A stretch of 32,000 bases of DNA from Candidatus Methylomirabilis limnetica (lineage in GTDB: Bacteria; Methylomirabilota; Methylomirabilia; Methylomirabilales; Methylomirabilaceae): contig NZ_NVQC01000013.1 in NCBI RefSeq assembly GCF_003044035.1, positions 30,001 to 62,000 of the forward strand, written 5' to 3'. The notes beneath the pieces were generated by a model. That model made no database searches. It was not told the origin of the DNA and saw nothing but the letters and a program-made list of their open reading frames with translations. Shown piece by piece: positions 29,739 through 32,000 of this stretch. A program made the translations under genes and the position numbers. The first letter of the stretch is position 1. Every line of letters begins with the position of its first letter.

Positions 29739-31672
29739 GGTCTGATGAGCAGCAGGTTTTGTGGAGTATTCTCGATACCCGTGACAAAACTCTACAGATA
29801 ATGACCACACAACTGGTGAAAAAAGAGGCCATTATCCAACAACTAGCTGCAGCCCTGAGCGAATCACAGGCCGCTATGGCTGAGTTGACAAAGGATCTTC
29901 CCTCTGTGTCAATATGTCCGGGAAACTATTCGGAGCCAACCGCGGTTGAACGAATTCTGTCAGAGCGCGTGCAAAGTCTCACTGACCAAGTTGTAAAAAA
30001 AGAGGAAGTTCTCCAAGAGCTTCATGTCGAGGCGGAGCGCCGACGGGAGGCGCTTGAGGCCGTGACAACCGACCGCGATGCCTGGGAGGCCCGCTACCAA
30101 CAGCTCTCCGCAGAATACGAGGCAGTGTCCCAAAGCCCTCTTCTGCAGTCCAAAATCCAGCACACAATCGAGCTCGAGCGTGAATTGGAGCAGAAGGAAA
30201 AAGTCATCCAAGAGCTTCACGCCGAGACAGAGCGCCGACGGGAGGCACTCGAGGCCGTGACAACCGACCGCGATGCTTGGGAGGCCCGCTACCAGCAGAT
30301 GGTCGCCGAAGCAGAGCGCCGATGGGAGGCGCTCGAGGCCGTGACGGCGAAATTGTATACCGTTGCTCAGGGGTCCTCTCCAATACCTTCGGGAAATCTG
30401 GCGGCATCGGTTGAAGAAGCACCGGCGAGCCAAATAGGGAGAACTCTCGCAGGATCTCTTACGCAAGCCACAGTTACTCCGGTAGGCCCTCTGGTGTCGA
30501 TTGTCACACCGTCGTATAACCAGGGCCGCTTTATTGAGGAGACGATCCTGAGTGTTCTCACTCAAGACTACCCCAATATCGAGTACATCGTGATTGATGG
30601 CGCCTCAACCGACAATACCCTGGACATCCTCAAAAAGTATGAGGGACGGCTCACCTGGATCTCCGAGCCGGATCTGGGTCAGTCGCATGCCATCAATAAG
30701 GGCTTCCGAATGGCCAAGGGTGAGATCCTGGCTTGGCTGAACTCTGATGATACCTATCTTCCCGGGGCGATCGGCAAAGTCGTACAACATTTCCAGGCGA
30801 ATCCCGCGGCGATGATGGTCTATGGCGAGGGGTATCTCATCGACGAACACAGCCGGATTAAACAACGGTTTCCATATACAGAAGAGTTCAATCTGTGGAA
30901 ACTTATTTATCTGTGGGATAACATCCTCCAGCAGACGGCCTTTTTTCGAGGCCAAATCTTCGATCATATCGATTTGCTGGACGAAAACCTTCACTACGGA
31001 ATGGATTGGGATCTCTGGATCAGGATCGGCAAGAAGTTCCGAGTCGATTACATCCCGGAGTATCTGGGCAATCTTCGCGAATACTCGGAAGCCAAGACCT
31101 TTTCTGGGGGTACCACGCGCTTTAATGAACTCGTGTCCTTAATGAGACGACACGGGACCATGCGATTTCCACCAGCGTATTTTACCTATGGTTTCGGTAC
31201 CTATAACAGAACTATGTTCGGCCGTCTGGCGCATCAATATCCACACGCGTACCGGTTCTTGTTTTCGATGCCCCGCCTGTTAGGTCAGCGCGTCTGCAGC
31301 CTGATAACACGCTATCTGGTGACCCATTCCCAGGGCTATTATAGTGACGGTTGGGCCACGCCGAAGGCCCATTTCCTACTGGTGAATCCCGGTCAGGCGT
31401 CTTATTTGAGACTTGAAGGCGAATGTATCAATTTGCGGCGCGGCTTCTACACCGTCATCCGTGCTCGAGCCAATGGTCGCCCTCTTGGAGACCCGATCAC
31501 CGTCTTTCCTGGACACTTCAAACTGGAATGGCCGATACCAGAAGAGATGCGATCTTCAGACATTTTTGAGGTGACGCTGCTCTCAACCCGCTGGCATCGC
31601 CCCCCACTAGCCGGAGCCAATACCGATCGGCGCAGGCTGTCCTATCGAGTTACGCGAATTGCTGCGGAGTAG
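29735..31672 (+). CDS. coiled-coil / GT2 glycosyltransferase fusion protein
   Basis: The first ~250 aa are heptad-like and repeat-containing. From VSIVTPSYNQGRFIEETILSVLTQDYPNIEYIVIDGASTDNT...WLNSDDTY it is GT2. ATGA overlap with the upstream gene. Confidence 0.85.
   Translation: MRSDEQQVLWSILDTRDKTLQIMTTQLVKKEAIIQQLAAALSESQAAMAELTKDLPSVSICPGNYSEPTAVERILSERVQSLTDQVVKKEEVLQELHVEAERRREALEAVTTDRDAWEARYQQLSAEYEAVSQSPLLQSKIQHTIELERELEQKEKVIQELHAETERRREALEAVTTDRDAWEARYQQMVAEAERRWEALEAVTAKLYTVAQGSSPIPSGNLAASVEEAPASQIGRTLAGSLTQATVTPVGPLVSIVTPSYNQGRFIEETILSVLTQDYPNIEYIVIDGASTDNTLDILKKYEGRLTWISEPDLGQSHAINKGFRMAKGEILAWLNSDDTYLPGAIGKVVQHFQANPAAMMVYGEGYLIDEHSRIKQRFPYTEEFNLWKLIYLWDNILQQTAFFRGQIFDHIDLLDENLHYGMDWDLWIRIGKKFRVDYIPEYLGNLREYSEAKTFSGGTTRFNELVSLMRRHGTMRFPPAYFTYGFGTYNRTMFGRLAHQYPHAYRFLFSMPRLLGQRVCSLITRYLVTHSQGYYSDGWATPKAHFLLVNPGQASYLRLEGECINLRRGFYTVIRARANGRPLGDPITVFPGHFKLEWPIPEEMRSSDIFEVTLLSTRWHRPPLAGANTDRRRLSYRVTRIAAE
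29995..30350 (+). repeat. intragenic tandem repeat (195-bp period, about 1.8 units)
   Basis: 30014-30102 and 30209-30298 are near-identical (QELH.E.ERRREALEAVTTDRDAWEARYQQ). A third partial unit (AEAERRWEALEAVT) lies at 30305-30345. Confidence 0.85.
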
Positions 31673-31697
31673 GCGATTGCTCGCAGGGCGCATCGCC

Positions 31698-32000
31698 ATG
31701 AATATTAAGCAGCCATTCGATCTATTCATCATTACGTGCGGCCGCGACATCAAGTTGCTGCGCCATTTTTTTCTCAGTTACGAGTTGTTCTTCCGGAATC
31801 CAGGAAAAATCCATCTCTTCATCTGGAAGAAAGAAGAACATCTTTTCGACCAAATCAATCGCCCGGGCAACCTCGTCATTCACTACAAGGATGCAGTAGA
31901 GGGTTTGGGTGAGGACGACTTTCGCAATCAGATGTATCTCAAGCTGATCAGCGATCAGTATGTCGAGACAAACTGGTACTGGGTGGTCGATTCGGATTAC
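31698..32000 (+). CDS. hypothetical protein, N-terminal 101 codons (3' end outside window); possibly glycosyltransferase-like
   Basis: ATG 31698, open to the window end: MNIKQPFDLFIITCGRDIKLLRHFF...NWYWVVDSDY. The early beta-strand plus D-x-D-like VVDSDY suggests a GT-A-like fold, but this is weak. Confidence 0.5.
   Translation, partial: MNIKQPFDLFIITCGRDIKLLRHFFLSYELFFRNPGKIHLFIWKKEEHLFDQINRPGNLVIHYKDAVEGLGEDDFRNQMYLKLISDQYVETNWYWVVDSDY

Overview
GC-rich (roughly 60% by eye) bacterial chromosomal segment in three parts. (1) 1-1100: the 3' end of an ORF, a tRNA-Met(CAU) gene and a secreted cupin protein. (2) About 1.3-15.6 kb: a very dense, partly decayed cluster of toxin-antitoxin modules. 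Most are minimal nucleotidyltransferase (MNT) + HEPN pairs from three HEPN subfamilies (DUF86/HepT, classical HEPN, HI0074-type). There is also a VapBC pair, a DUF4258/YgiT-zinc-finger pair, an orphan HicB and a solitary NTase-fold protein. Between them lie stubs of sugar-nucleotide and glycan genes (gmd, rmlC-like, SDR epimerase, GT4), one intact GT2 gene, a transposase stub, two MITE-like families with visible terminal inverted repeats and target-site duplications, and several REP-like GC-hairpin repeat families. (3) About 15.9-32 kb: a surface-polysaccharide locus. It holds an RmlC-like cupin, GT2 and GT4 glycosyltransferases, a lipoprotein glycoside hydrolase, an 870-aa Gfo/Idh/MocA-GT2 fusion, a PIG-L-like protein, fcl, cysC, a candidate sulfotransferase and a coiled-coil GT2, again with pseudogene debris (GT4 stub, sulfotransferase tail, radical-SAM/SPASM 3' half, GH tail). 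The observations I rate highest are: HEPN toxin genes decay while their NTase partners stay intact; a ~300-bp MITE cleanly splits a DUF86 toxin gene; a 133-bp TTA-flanked MITE family is present; MNT-HEPN cassettes show recombination scars (chimeras, fusion remnants, a 0.69-kb segmental duplication); and fcl + standalone cysC + sulfotransferase-like gene suggests a sulfated, fucose-containing polysaccharide. No CRISPR array, rRNA or intact IS was seen. All family assignments come from motif recognition by eye, not from searches.
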